A stretch of DNA of 64,000 nt, from contig CAWBBV010000001.1 in assembly GCA_963787125.1 (NCBI GenBank), forward strand, positions 672,001 through 736,000, given 5' to 3'. This DNA is from an uncultured delta proteobacterium (GTDB lineage: Bacteria; Desulfobacterota; Desulfuromonadia; Geobacterales; DSM-12255). Shown here in pieces: positions 41,502 to 51,467 of this stretch. The notes under the pieces were generated by a model that was not told the origin of the DNA, did no database searches, and saw nothing but the letters and a program-made list of their open reading frames with translations. Position 1 is the first letter of the stretch; every line of letters starts with the position of its first letter. The translations under genes were made by a program, and so were the position numbers.

Positions 41502-42515
41502 ATGAGTAGAGATAAACCGCTTATAGCTATAACCATGGGCGATCCTTGTGGTATCGGCCCGGAAATCATTGTAAAGTCACTGCAAAGCGAAGAGGTCAGT
41601 GAGAGTTGCAGTCCGATAGTTGTTGGAGATCTGACTTCGATCGAACGGGCTGTTCAACTTGTTGGTGCAACCCAAAGACTGATATCTCTTCCTGGAGACG
41701 ATTTCCCGGAGGTTGTGCTTCCGGGAGCTATTTATCTAAAGGAGATTTCAAATCTTAAGACTGCTGATATGGAATACGGAGCGCCAACCTGTGCATCCGG
41801 TGATGCAGTTTATAGATACATTAAGGCGGCGTCAGCACTCTGTCAGAAAGGAACGGTTGCTGGTATGGCAACAGCACCCATTAATAAGGCTGCCATGAAT
41901 CTGGCAGGGCACAATTACCCTGGCCATACTGAGCTGCTTGCCGAGTTGACCGACTCCAAAGAGTTCGTCATGATGCTAGCCGGCAAACGTCTCAGGGTAA
42001 CTTTGGTGACTATCCACGAAGCTTTTATCGATGTTCCGCGATTAATAACCTACGATAAAGTCCTGGCAACAATTATTGCTACTCACCAGGGCGTGCACCG
42101 GTTTTTCTGTCCAACTCCCCGGATTGCGGTGCTTTCGCTGAATCCCCATGCCGGCGAAGGCGGAATGTTTGGCGATCACGAAGGGCGAATCATAACTCCG
42201 GCGATAAATGCTGCGCGAAAAAATGGTATAGATGTAAGCGGTCCCCATTCTGCAGACACACTTTTTCACTTCGCGGCAATGGGCGATTATGATGTGGTTG
42301 TCTGTATGTACCATGATCAGGGACTAATTCCTTTGAAACTGCTACACTTTGATGATGGTGTCAATATAACGCTTGGACTGCCGATTATCAGGACATCTGT
42401 TGATCATGGCACAGCATATAATCTCGCTGGTAAAGGTATTGCATCTGCTGAAAGTATGAAAGCAGCTATTCTTACTGCTGCTAATATGGCGGGTTTCGCC
42501 AAAGGGTTATTATGA
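41502..42515 (+). CDS. pdxA: 4-hydroxythreonine-4-phosphate dehydrogenase
   Basis: TMGDP.GIGPE, GHTE, LNPHAGE, MYHDQG, RTSVDHGTA. Confidence 0.95.
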   Translation: MSRDKPLIAITMGDPCGIGPEIIVKSLQSEEVSESCSPIVVGDLTSIERAVQLVGATQRLISLPGDDFPEVVLPGAIYLKEISNLKTADMEYGAPTCASGDAVYRYIKAASALCQKGTVAGMATAPINKAAMNLAGHNYPGHTELLAELTDSKEFVMMLAGKRLRVTLVTIHEAFIDVPRLITYDKVLATIIATHQGVHRFFCPTPRIAVLSLNPHAGEGGMFGDHEGRIITPAINAARKNGIDVSGPHSADTLFHFAAMGDYDVVVCMYHDQGLIPLKLLHFDDGVNITLGLPIIRTSVDHGTAYNLAGKGIASAESMKAAILTAANMAGFAKGLL

Positions 42516-43606
42516 AGGATCAAATCCCTGCAATGTGCAACATTGGCAACAGTAGCGACAAATGTAGCAGGCATGCTGCAGCAATTGATACTCTCATGGA
42601 GATTGCCAGGGCGCTTGCCTCACCCAACGAGATCCAGGATATTCTTGAGCAGATAATGTGCCAGGTAAGCCGGCTTCTCAATCCTAAAGCATGGTCACTT
42701 CTCTTGAAGGACGAAGTAACTGGAGAGCTGGAGTTTACTGTTGTTGTTTCCGATGTTGCTGATAATTTGAAGGGTGCAAGAATTCCTGCAGGTCACGGTG
42801 TTGCCGGCTGGGTCGCTGAAAACGGCGAATCACTCATAATTCCAGATGTGCGCTCAGATACAAGGTTTGCAGCAGAGTTTGACAAGAAACTTTCGTTCAC
42901 GACAAAATCTATCGCCTGTGTCCCGGTAAAGAGCCAAAACAAGGTCTATGGCGTTATCGAGCTGATCAACAGTATTGAGTGTGGTGTCTTTGACGAAGCG
43001 GACGATCAGATACTGACGGCAATTGCCGACTTTGCCGGCATCGCAATTTCAAATGCCAAAGCTCTTGAACAGATCAAGCAGCTTGTCATAACTGATGATC
43101 TTACAGGGCTTTATAACTCGCGATACTTCTTTGAACAGATAGAGTACGAGGTTGAGCGGGCAAAAAGATACCTGTCTCCGTTGTCGCTGGTTTTTTTCGA
43201 CCTTGATCACTTTAAAGATGTTAATGATACCTACGGTCACCTGACAGGTAGTCGACTCCTTGCCGAAGTGGGTGCCGTGGTTTCTCGAAATATTCGTATC
43301 ACTGACAAGGGGGCACGCTACGGTGGTGATGAATATGTTATTATTTTGCCGCACACTGAGAAGAAAGGCGCCATATCCCTTGCGCAAAAACTTCATCATG
43401 AGCTTTACGCCCAGGAATTTTCCAGTAATAGCGGCAAGCTTTTGAACGTTTCAGGAAGTTTCGGCGTAGCTTCATTCCCGGACGATGCCATAACATCAAG
43501 TGAACTGATATCTGCTGCTGATGAGGCTATGTATCAGGCTAAAGAGGCAGGACGCAACTGCGTCTGTGTAGCTGGACGCGCCGGTGTTTTGCGCGGTAAG
43601 AGTTGA
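42512..43606 (+). CDS. GAF + GGDEF dinucleotide cyclase with Hypr signature (probable 3',3'-cGAMP synthase)
   Basis: N-terminal GAF; DLDHFKDVNDTYGHLTGS (Asp-to-Ser); RITD I-site; RYGGDEY. Confidence 0.85.
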   Translation: MKDQIPAMCNIGNSSDKCSRHAAAIDTLMEIARALASPNEIQDILEQIMCQVSRLLNPKAWSLLLKDEVTGELEFTVVVSDVADNLKGARIPAGHGVAGWVAENGESLIIPDVRSDTRFAAEFDKKLSFTTKSIACVPVKSQNKVYGVIELINSIECGVFDEADDQILTAIADFAGIAISNAKALEQIKQLVITDDLTGLYNSRYFFEQIEYEVERAKRYLSPLSLVFFDLDHFKDVNDTYGHLTGSRLLAEVGAVVSRNIRITDKGARYGGDEYVIILPHTEKKGAISLAQKLHHELYAQEFSSNSGKLLNVSGSFGVASFPDDAITSSELISAADEAMYQAKEAGRNCVCVAGRAGVLRGKS

Positions 43607-44517
43607 TGAAAAAAACCTTGTTGGGTTTTATATTTCTTCTGTTTGCTTATGCGCTCTATATTGCTATTTCACTTTCACTGCTACCTCCGGTGGCAGCCTT
43701 GCAAGACCGAAAGGCGAGTTTGACCCTTCAGGTCAGGGACTGGCATGGAAAGTACCATCCGTTCGTTCTTGGCGCAAAGAATAGAGACTGGACACCGTCT
43801 GCCAGCATTCCTGCTGAAATGAAGTGGGCGGTTATCCTTGCTGAGGATGCCAATTTCTACAAGCATGAAGGGGTGGATGTCACTGCTATCAAAAAAGCAA
43901 TCAAGCATGATCTGGAAAAGAAGAGTCTTGCCCGGGGAGCGTCAACCATCACCCAGCAGACAGCCAAAAATATCTACCTGTCGAGAGAAAAGACAATTAC
44001 CCGCAAGTTCAAGGAACTTTATCTGGCACTGAGGATGGAGCAGGAGCTGACCAAGGGGCGGATCATCGAACTATACCTGAATGTGGTTGAGCTCGGGCCT
44101 ATGGTCTACGGTGTCGGCCACGCTTCGAGGTACTATTTCGGCAAACCGGCGTCAGAGATGACATCACGGGAGTGCGCCTTCCTTGCAGCTATGCTCCCCG
44201 GGCCAAGAGTTGCGTATAATCCTTACCGCAATATGTCCAAGGTGTTACGGCGGTCAGACATGATCCTGAAGTTGCTGAAGTCAAATAAGGTTCTCAGCGA
44301 AGAGGAGTATAAAAATGCGCTGGCGACTGCTCCGAACATCAACGGCCTGCAGCGGAAAGTTGAGGCGAGTATCGTCAGAGAGGAGCTGTTTACTAACCGC
44401 AGTAGCGCGTTAACTCTGCCAATACTGCCAGAAAAAACGGAGATCAGTAAGCCGGTGCCAGCTGAAACTGATCTGCTGCCGGAAAAGAGTGGTTCCCAGG
44501 GGCCTGTACAGCAATAG
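43606..44517 (+). CDS. mtgA: Monofunctional peptidoglycan transglycosylase
   Basis: ED..FY.H.G, GASTITQQ.AKN, RK..E, LYLN..E.G. Confidence 0.9.
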   Translation: MKKTLLGFIFLLFAYALYIAISLSLLPPVAALQDRKASLTLQVRDWHGKYHPFVLGAKNRDWTPSASIPAEMKWAVILAEDANFYKHEGVDVTAIKKAIKHDLEKKSLARGASTITQQTAKNIYLSREKTITRKFKELYLALRMEQELTKGRIIELYLNVVELGPMVYGVGHASRYYFGKPASEMTSRECAFLAAMLPGPRVAYNPYRNMSKVLRRSDMILKLLKSNKVLSEEEYKNALATAPNINGLQRKVEASIVREELFTNRSSALTLPILPEKTEISKPVPAETDLLPEKSGSQGPVQQ

Positions 44518-44520
44518 CTT

Positions 44521-45525
44521 TTATATTCTGAATCGTTCAAGATCTTCCGCAGAAAAATCATTACCGCAGTAAAAGATAGGCGCATCTTTGTCACTGACTA
44601 TTAACATCCTGGCGGCATTGTTTTTCTCACTCTTGGTATAGCGCAGCAGAATTTTTGCCGCTGTCTGAAGTTTGTCACCTCCAGCCTCACCGATAATGAG
44701 TCCGAGCGGCCCGTTGCCATCTTCCCATCTGAAAGCTGTTTCACCCGCTTTGACATGATTTTCCAGCAGGGAATTCTCTTTGTCGTCACGACCGATTACC
44801 AGTCTTGTCGCGGCATCAAGGCGAAAATGCCTGCCGACCCGCAGCAACCTGAAATCACGGGCTTTCAGCTTTTCAGAATGCTCGAAAATATCCCGCACCT
44901 TTGAGGTGTAGGAAAGTTCAGTTAAAAGGCACCCTCCGGCCGGGTTTGGGTACTCTTTAACCCCGAGTTCAGCGGCAAGCTTAAACTGTGTTTTTCTGGT
45001 GCGGCCCTTGATACCTTGGAGTTTGGCCCTGTCTACCCAGCCTTCTGTTTCAGGGGTAGTCGGCGTAAGAAGTTGGGCGGAGAGTGGACGGAGCAGCAGT
45101 CCGTCAAGTTCTCCGTCACGCGCCACAATAGCAAGTGCGTCGCGACGCTGACTCATAGGCCGCTGTCCAAGAACCTCTCCGGTTATTACAAAATCTGCAC
45201 CTGTTGAGAGCATGAAATCCTTTGCTTTCCTCAAAAAATAGGCATGGCAGTCAATACAGGGATTTATCGCCTTTCCGTAACCATGGCGCGGCATACGCAG
45301 CATTTCAAGATACTCTTCGTCTAGGTTTATAATGGTCAGAGGGACATTAATCGTTTCTGCGGCTCGTCGTGCATCGTACTTACCGCAGTCAGCATCAGGC
45401 GAGACGCCGAAAAAAGGTGAGGTGAAATGTACGGCATGGACATTAATCCCCTGAATCTGCATCAGACGGATCGCCAGGGTAGAGTCAAGCCCTCCGGAAA
45501 AAAGAGCTATTGCTGTTCGTGTCAT
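44521..45525 (-). CDS. PP-loop ATPase, ThiI/MnmA-like putative tRNA sulfurtransferase
   Basis: SGGLDS PP-loop; NPCIDCH, TGEVLGQRPMSQ, PAGGCLLT. Confidence 0.75.
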   Translation of the reverse strand: MTRTAIALFSGGLDSTLAIRLMQIQGINVHAVHFTSPFFGVSPDADCGKYDARRAAETINVPLTIINLDEEYLEMLRMPRHGYGKAINPCIDCHAYFLRKAKDFMLSTGADFVITGEVLGQRPMSQRRDALAIVARDGELDGLLLRPLSAQLLTPTTPETEGWVDRAKLQGIKGRTRKTQFKLAAELGVKEYPNPAGGCLLTELSYTSKVRDIFEHSEKLKARDFRLLRVGRHFRLDAATRLVIGRDDKENSLLENHVKAGETAFRWEDGNGPLGLIIGEAGGDKLQTAAKILLRYTKSEKNNAARMLIVSDKDAPIFYCGNDFSAEDLERFRI

Positions 45526-45696
45526 GCTTCTCCTTTAAGTATAAAACGGAATAGTACCAAAATAGCACATGGTTGACTGAAAACGACAGCTTTGAAAAAT
45601 GATATAATGTATAGAAAAGATTATAAAACGTTAGTATATAAAAAATTGACAAATTAATGAGAACTATGGTACCAGTATGTTACTGACATTTGAATA

Positions 45697-45776
45697 ATAA
45701 CGATAATACTAAACCACTCGCGAGGGTGGGGCGGAAAGCTTATAGGGTCTCAAGTAGACAGCCGGGTTGCCGAAAT
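45697..45776 (+). ncRNA. GEMM-I riboswitch, cGAMP-type (GEMM-Ib)
   Basis: CGATAATACTAAACC-ACTC-GCGA-GGGT-GGGGCGGAAAGC...GGGTCTC...AGACAGCCGGGTTGCCGAAAT matches the Geobacter GEMM-I pattern. Confidence 0.9.
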
Positions 45777-45803
45777 CATGATTTTCGGCAACCCGGTTTT
45801 TTT
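45761..45803 (+). terminator. Riboswitch expression-platform terminator
   Basis: CCGGGTTGCCGAAA...TTTCGGCAACCCGG stem plus T7, overlapping the aptamer 3' end. Confidence 0.88.
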
Positions 45804-45983
45804 GTTTCAGGGCGGTTACACCGGAGATACGTTCCACCTTGTTGCTTTAATGATGGTTGCGTAAAACAGTGTTATCTGGTAATGGTAAAATATTGCAAAA
45901 AAATAATCAGTAGACAGCTTGTATTTGGAAGAACAAGAGCTAAAATATAGAACCTATTAACGATCGAATCCGGGAGAATTTAA

Positions 45984-47261
45984 ATGAGATTATGGTTACC
46001 AGCCTCTCTTGCTCTCCTTATAAGCTCAACTGCAATCCTTGATGCAGCCGAAACTACAATCAGCGGCACATCGCTTTTAAAGTTCGAGCAACGCAGTATC
46101 CCTGGCTTTGACAAACAGAACCTTATTCCTGCTACCCAGTTCATCTCTCTTGAGACTGCCGGAATTGGTGATCCAAATCTTTCCATGCATCTGAGTGGTT
46201 GGGGGCGCGTGGATCTTGCGGACAACAGCACCGATAAAAGTAGTGATGGCACTCTCTCCTACGGCTATCTACGCTATCTTTTCCCGAAAGCTAATGCAGA
46301 ACTTAAAGCTGGTCGAATATTTGTTTTTGAGGGGGTTAGCAGTGAAAATGTCGACGGCATATACGCAAAGACTGAGCTGGCAAAAGGCTTCATTCTCTCG
46401 GCGTTTGGCGGTGCGCCTGTTCACCCTGCAAGCAGCGTCGATAACCGTGGCAACTACATTACCGGGGGGCGATTCAGCTATCTGAATCCGTCTTTTTTTG
46501 AACTCGGCTTGTCAACGGTTTATGAGCAGGGGCTGATAAGTGGACCACTAACAAATCTACATGATACGCGTCAACTTGTTGGAGGAGATTTATGGCTTAA
46601 ACCTCATCAGATTGTCGATTTTAAGGGTCGCCTCTCCTATGATACGGTTAATAACGGAGTGGCTGAGCAGAGTTGGTTGATGGCGCTCAAGGCAGGCAAC
46701 GACTCGACGATTATCGCCAACTACAGTCAGTATGAGTTCAAGGAGTTTTTTGCAGCTTCTTCGATCCGCTCTCTCTTTAATCCTGATACGGCCGGAAATC
46801 TGAAAACAGCAGGATTGAGCTACACTTTGCAGGTGAGCAAGCCGCTGGAAGTGACGGCTGCATACAAGCATTTAGACCGTGACACAACCGGCACCTCGGA
46901 CAGATACGGGGCTGAAGGGCGTTTGGCGTTATTTGAAGGGAGGGGGATGTCGGGACTCTCATATTTCAGGGTTTCAGCCCCTACAGGCATAAATTCATTT
47001 CATGAAGTCCGCGCATATCTCCTTTACACCGCACCAACTTACTCGGCAAGCATTGATGGAATTACTCATCTTTACGATGATCCGATTAACGGGAAAAGCA
47101 GTGGCTTTGAAATTCAGAGTTCGGCGGGATACCGGTTGAAGCCTGATGTGAATCTTTCGTGCGATCTGAGTTATGCCCAGAATCCCAGTTACAGTAATGA
47201 AGTCAAAGGGCTGGTACGGCTGACTTTTAACTACAATACAGGTAGAGGAGCAGCAAAATGA
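45984..47261 (+). CDS. Outer-membrane beta-barrel porin of a porin-cytochrome complex
   Basis: Signal peptide; amphipathic beta strands; overlaps the lipoprotein cytochrome gene. Confidence 0.75.
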   Translation: MRLWLPASLALLISSTAILDAAETTISGTSLLKFEQRSIPGFDKQNLIPATQFISLETAGIGDPNLSMHLSGWGRVDLADNSTDKSSDGTLSYGYLRYLFPKANAELKAGRIFVFEGVSSENVDGIYAKTELAKGFILSAFGGAPVHPASSVDNRGNYITGGRFSYLNPSFFELGLSTVYEQGLISGPLTNLHDTRQLVGGDLWLKPHQIVDFKGRLSYDTVNNGVAEQSWLMALKAGNDSTIIANYSQYEFKEFFAASSIRSLFNPDTAGNLKTAGLSYTLQVSKPLEVTAAYKHLDRDTTGTSDRYGAEGRLALFEGRGMSGLSYFRVSAPTGINSFHEVRAYLLYTAPTYSASIDGITHLYDDPINGKSSGFEIQSSAGYRLKPDVNLSCDLSYAQNPSYSNEVKGLVRLTFNYNTGRGAAK

Positions 47262-47731
47262 GACTCCGTATATCCGGCTTACCGATTCTATTACTGCTTG
47301 CTGCCATGGTGTTATCTGCCTGTGCGACGCTGTTTTCCCAGGGGACAAGCCTCCCTGCCGCTCACCCGGAAGCATTGGGTGAAAAGAGAGTCCTCTGCAG
47401 CGAGTGTCACGAGGAGCAGGCAAAAGGGAGCCTCAAAGCTTTGCCAACCTTTAGCCATACTCCAATATTTATCCGCGAGCATCGTCTTTACGCCATGAAT
47501 AGCGAGCGACTCTGTTCAGTCTGTCATGCAGTTTCGTTCTGTAACGACTGTCATGCTACAAAAAATGAGGTTAAACCTTCAGAGAAACTAGGTAATCGGC
47601 CTGATCGTGATCTGATGCACCGTGGTGACTTCATGACCAGGCACAGGATTGAAGGGAAGATAGATCCGTCAAGCTGTTACCGCTGCCACGGCAGGGGCAA
47701 TAACGAACAGTGCCGCACTTGTCATAGATAG
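47258..47731 (+). CDS. Pentaheme lipoprotein c-type cytochrome
   Basis: Lipobox LSAC; 5 CxxCH. Confidence 0.9.
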   Translation: MRLRISGLPILLLLAAMVLSACATLFSQGTSLPAAHPEALGEKRVLCSECHEEQAKGSLKALPTFSHTPIFIREHRLYAMNSERLCSVCHAVSFCNDCHATKNEVKPSEKLGNRPDRDLMHRGDFMTRHRIEGKIDPSSCYRCHGRGNNEQCRTCHR

Positions 47732-47740
47732 GGGAGAGCG

Positions 47741-48712
47741 ATGAGAGTACTCATGATAATTGCGTTGACTTCCCTCTTGTGGGGTTGCGGCAAGGCAAAT
47801 GATGCTATGGTAACAGTAGATCCTTCCGGCAAACATCCCACAACCTGGAGAGTATCGCACGGTACATCGTTCCTGCAGGATGGGACAACCTGCAGAGGTT
47901 GCCACGGAGCAGCTCTCGGCGGCGGAATATCCGGAGTGAGCTGTTCGTCTGCCACTTTCAACGGACTCTCCTGTCATGCAAATGGGCCCCATCCGCTTCC
48001 GTGGCCTGATCATAACAAGGCGACCAATCAGCTTAACAGCTGCTCCCCTTGTCATGGCGTAGCATTAACAGGCGGAGCAACAGCGCCGGCATGTGCAAAA
48101 TGCCATATTAATCTCCCCCCAGGGAGTGTGCCGGTCTTGGGTGTCTGTACCAGCTGTCACGGCAATCCTCCTGACGGTTCGATCTTCCCTAATTTATCCG
48201 GTTCTCACCGTGCCCACACTCAAATTCCACTGTTTTGTGCGGTCTGCCACGATGGCGGTGGGAGTGGAACTGCAACCCATGGCAAAACTCTTACTGTTGC
48301 CTTTCCGGCAGCATACAACGCTAAAAGCGGCATTGCCGTGCGTAACGCTGATGGAACCTGTTCGAATATCAGCTGTCATGGCGGAAAAACCACCAAATTT
48401 TGGCGTGGCGGCAGAGTCGATCCATTAAAAGACTGTCAATTCTGCCATGATGCCGGATCAGCTCAGTATAATAGCTACAATTCGGGAGAGCACCAGAAAC
48501 ATTTGCTGGAAATAGGGCTTCTCTGTGTCGACTGTCATGATATGACAGCGGTCTCCGGAGGCAAATCCCATTTCAGTGGCCTCTCAACGCCGGCGTTCGA
48601 GCTCCCTCCGCAAAGCACTCTGAGAGCTCCACTTAATTTCAACAGTGGCAGTTGCACTCCAAATGCAGGATCATTTTCTATCGGAGTCTGCCATGCGACC
48701 AAAAACTGGTAA
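47741..48712 (+). CDS. Multiheme lipoprotein cytochrome c (about 8-10 hemes)
   Basis: Lipobox LWGC; 7 CxxCH, 1 CX4CH, plus CX9CH and CX11CH. Confidence 0.9.
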   Translation: MRVLMIIALTSLLWGCGKANDAMVTVDPSGKHPTTWRVSHGTSFLQDGTTCRGCHGAALGGGISGVSCSSATFNGLSCHANGPHPLPWPDHNKATNQLNSCSPCHGVALTGGATAPACAKCHINLPPGSVPVLGVCTSCHGNPPDGSIFPNLSGSHRAHTQIPLFCAVCHDGGGSGTATHGKTLTVAFPAAYNAKSGIAVRNADGTCSNISCHGGKTTKFWRGGRVDPLKDCQFCHDAGSAQYNSYNSGEHQKHLLEIGLLCVDCHDMTAVSGGKSHFSGLSTPAFELPPQSTLRAPLNFNSGSCTPNAGSFSIGVCHATKNW

Positions 48713-48743
48713 GTCACTTTTGTGTTGCCAGGAGGCGTTTTTG

Positions 48744-51440
48744 ATGACTGTTTTCAAGAAAATTATGAGTGCCCTGATTCTGCTAACTGTGGTTCTCCAT
48801 ATTAATCTTCTGGCTGCTGCCGCCGCAACAGCTCCACTTGTTCAGGTCCTTGCTCCTATCATAACCGGAGTTGCCACTCCAGTAAGGATTGCGGAGGATA
48901 AGTCCGGTAACTTTTACCTGACAGATCCAAAGGCCGGAGGTGTACTGAAATTTGACAAGTCAGGGCAGCTTGTCACTACCTTTACCATGAAAAAACCTCA
49001 AGGAATTGCAGTTACAGATTCTGGTGATCTGGTCGTCAGTCAGGGTGATGTCGTAACGGTCATGAATTCGTCAGGTAATGAAAAGTTCAAACTTGGCAAA
49101 GGTGTTGGTCAGTTCAAAATGGCAAACGGGATAGCCATTGATGCTGCCGGTTACATTTACGTTGTCGACAGTCTTGACGATTGCGTGCAGTTGTTTAACT
49201 CTGCTGGTGCAGCGGTCAATAGCGGCAATGCTGCCAATGGCAAACCTGCCAATAGCTTCGGAAGCAGCGGTTCCGCGAATGGCCAGTTTTCAATGCCGAC
49301 CGGGATAGCTTTTGAAAAAGTTGCCGGCCAAGTTGCTGTAGTTGACACACTCAACGGTCGAGTCCAGTTCTTTGACACTGCCGGAGTCTGGAAAAGAGCT
49401 ATTGGCGGTCTTAGTCCAGGTGTTTTCAGGTTCACATCGCCGCTTTCTGTAGCCTTTGAATATGCCGCAGGCAGCAATGCGGCGCTGCAGCGGATGTACG
49501 TCACCGACTCATTTCAGAGCAGCGTTCAGGTTATTGACCCGGCGACAACGCCTGTCTGGCTCGGTTTCATTGGCAGTTACGGCAAGTCAGCCGGCAAGTT
49601 GATGAACCCTTCAGACGCGATATTTGATCCGATTGGCGGGCGTCTTCTGGTTGCTAACGGTTTCGGGAACATAACGGTATACGGCATAAACGGCGGCGGG
49701 TTGCCTACAGATACAATCCCTCCTGCCCTTACGGTTAATCCGGTGCCACAAATAACATCCTCAACAAACATAACAGTCAGTGGCACAGTTGAGTCCGGAG
49801 CCAAGCTCTCTGTAGTTACTGATACTGCGGCTCTGGCAGGAGCTCCGGTCTTGAGCAGCGTGACAGAATGGTCTGTGCCGGTTACTTCGCTTGTGCCGGG
49901 GGCAAACGGTATTACAGTTACGGCAACTGACCCGGCCGGTAATGTAGCTACCCAAAAAGTTACCGTATTTTACAGTGCTGCAGCTGTTAACCTGACAATC
50001 AACAAGGTTGCAACTCCAACTAACAGCAGTAGTCAGACCATTGCCGGTACTATGGATGCGGGAGCGACTGTTTCAGTTGCCATCGACACAGTTGCAACTG
50101 TTGTTACAACTACAGTTGGAGCTACCTGGAGCAGCGTAATCACAGGGCTGGTCAACGGAGCAAATGTCGTTACAGTTACTGCGTCCTTGGCTGGTAAAGA
50201 TACGGCAGTGAGTAAAACTGCCATCACTTTGAGTACAACACCTCCGCCAATTGTCTTTGCCATGTTGGCTGACGGTAGCGTGACAAGTTCGCCACTCCTT
50301 ACAGTTAGCGGCCTTACGGATGGAAATATATCGCTCGTAACTATCAATGGTGCACCGGTAAAGACAGACAAAGGACTCTTCTCTAAAGGGATAATCCTAG
50401 CCAGTGGGGTAAACGTTATCACTGTCTCTGCGACCGATGCAGCCGGGAACAGCACGACTATGACGAGAACTATCACCTACGATCCGTCTGCTCCGACTGT
50501 CAGCATCTCAGCACCGACCAGCGGCAAGGTAACCAGTCAGAACAGCGTGCAGGTGAGCGGGACATCTTCTGGCAGCAACAGTGTGATCAAAGTTAATGGC
50601 GCAATTCAGGCTAACGTTTCAGGTGGAAGCTGGACAGCTAGTGTCCCTCTTGGCGGCGGCGTCGGTCTGTATACCATCGAAGTTGTAACAACTGCAGGCA
50701 GCAAAACAGCTGCCACGGCTGTCACCATCTCGCTTGTCGATCTGACTGCCCCGACGCTGGAGCTTGTTTCCATCCCTCAGGACGTTGCGACGAACAGTAC
50801 CAGTCTTGCCGTTTCAGGGTTTGCAGGAGCTGCTTCGGTAAGTGTAACACTTGACGGGGTTGCACTGCCGGTAACCTTTGCTCCGGCAAACGGCGACTAT
50901 AATCTGACAGCAACAGTAACAACTGCAGGGGAGCACCGGCTGGCAGTAACGGCTACCGATGCCTTTGGCAACACCAGTACCGTTATCCGGACAATTATTT
51001 TTGACATAACATCGCCTGCTCTGACAGTTACTGCCCAAAGTTCAAGCCTGCTCTCAGGAACCGGCGAATCAGGGGCTGTCGTTACCATCAAGGATTCAAG
51101 CGGCGCTACGGTCGGGACTACGGTTGTTGGCAGCAATGGTGTATGGAACCTGCCGTTAACAGGTACTGAGGCCGGACCGCTCAATATCTACGCGCTTGAT
51201 ATTGCCGGCAACAGCTCCAGAAACGGTGATATTAATGGTGGCGGAGCAGTGGATATTGCAGATGCCCTGAAAGCGATGAGAATTGCTGTCAATCTTGATC
51301 CAGTGCCGGGTGCAAATTCACAGGAGCTTTTAAGGGGAGATGTTGCACCTTTATTGAAAGGTGTTTCAATGCCTGACGGAAAGATCGATATGGATGACGT
51401 CCTGGTGATTTTGATGAAAGTTACGGGGCTCTTAAAGTAA
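48744..51440 (+). CDS. Secreted NHL beta-propeller + Ig-like repeats + C-terminal dockerin-like domain
   Basis: Signal peptide; NHL repeats (GQF..P.GIA); Ig repeats (ITVTATD.AGN); tandem GDING.GAVDIADA / GDVAP...DGKIDMDD. Confidence 0.85.
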   Translation: MTVFKKIMSALILLTVVLHINLLAAAAATAPLVQVLAPIITGVATPVRIAEDKSGNFYLTDPKAGGVLKFDKSGQLVTTFTMKKPQGIAVTDSGDLVVSQGDVVTVMNSSGNEKFKLGKGVGQFKMANGIAIDAAGYIYVVDSLDDCVQLFNSAGAAVNSGNAANGKPANSFGSSGSANGQFSMPTGIAFEKVAGQVAVVDTLNGRVQFFDTAGVWKRAIGGLSPGVFRFTSPLSVAFEYAAGSNAALQRMYVTDSFQSSVQVIDPATTPVWLGFIGSYGKSAGKLMNPSDAIFDPIGGRLLVANGFGNITVYGINGGGLPTDTIPPALTVNPVPQITSSTNITVSGTVESGAKLSVVTDTAALAGAPVLSSVTEWSVPVTSLVPGANGITVTATDPAGNVATQKVTVFYSAAAVNLTINKVATPTNSSSQTIAGTMDAGATVSVAIDTVATVVTTTVGATWSSVITGLVNGANVVTVTASLAGKDTAVSKTAITLSTTPPPIVFAMLADGSVTSSPLLTVSGLTDGNISLVTINGAPVKTDKGLFSKGIILASGVNVITVSATDAAGNSTTMTRTITYDPSAPTVSISAPTSGKVTSQNSVQVSGTSSGSNSVIKVNGAIQANVSGGSWTASVPLGGGVGLYTIEVVTTAGSKTAATAVTISLVDLTAPTLELVSIPQDVATNSTSLAVSGFAGAASVSVTLDGVALPVTFAPANGDYNLTATVTTAGEHRLAVTATDAFGNTSTVIRTIIFDITSPALTVTAQSSSLLSGTGESGAVVTIKDSSGATVGTTVVGSNGVWNLPLTGTEAGPLNIYALDIAGNSSRNGDINGGGAVDIADALKAMRIAVNLDPVPGANSQELLRGDVAPLLKGVSMPDGKIDMDDVLVILMKVTGLLK

Positions 51441-51467
51441 AAACATCAGCATTAAAAGGGTTAAAAA

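Noticed and set aside
45240..45260. CIDCH in the PP-loop protein as a heme site
   Set aside because: No signal peptide; cytoplasmic enzyme, so more likely metal or Fe-S ligands
45690..45950. 86-aa ORF upstream of the porin
   Set aside because: Overlaps the riboswitch and its terminator; TTG start with no RBS
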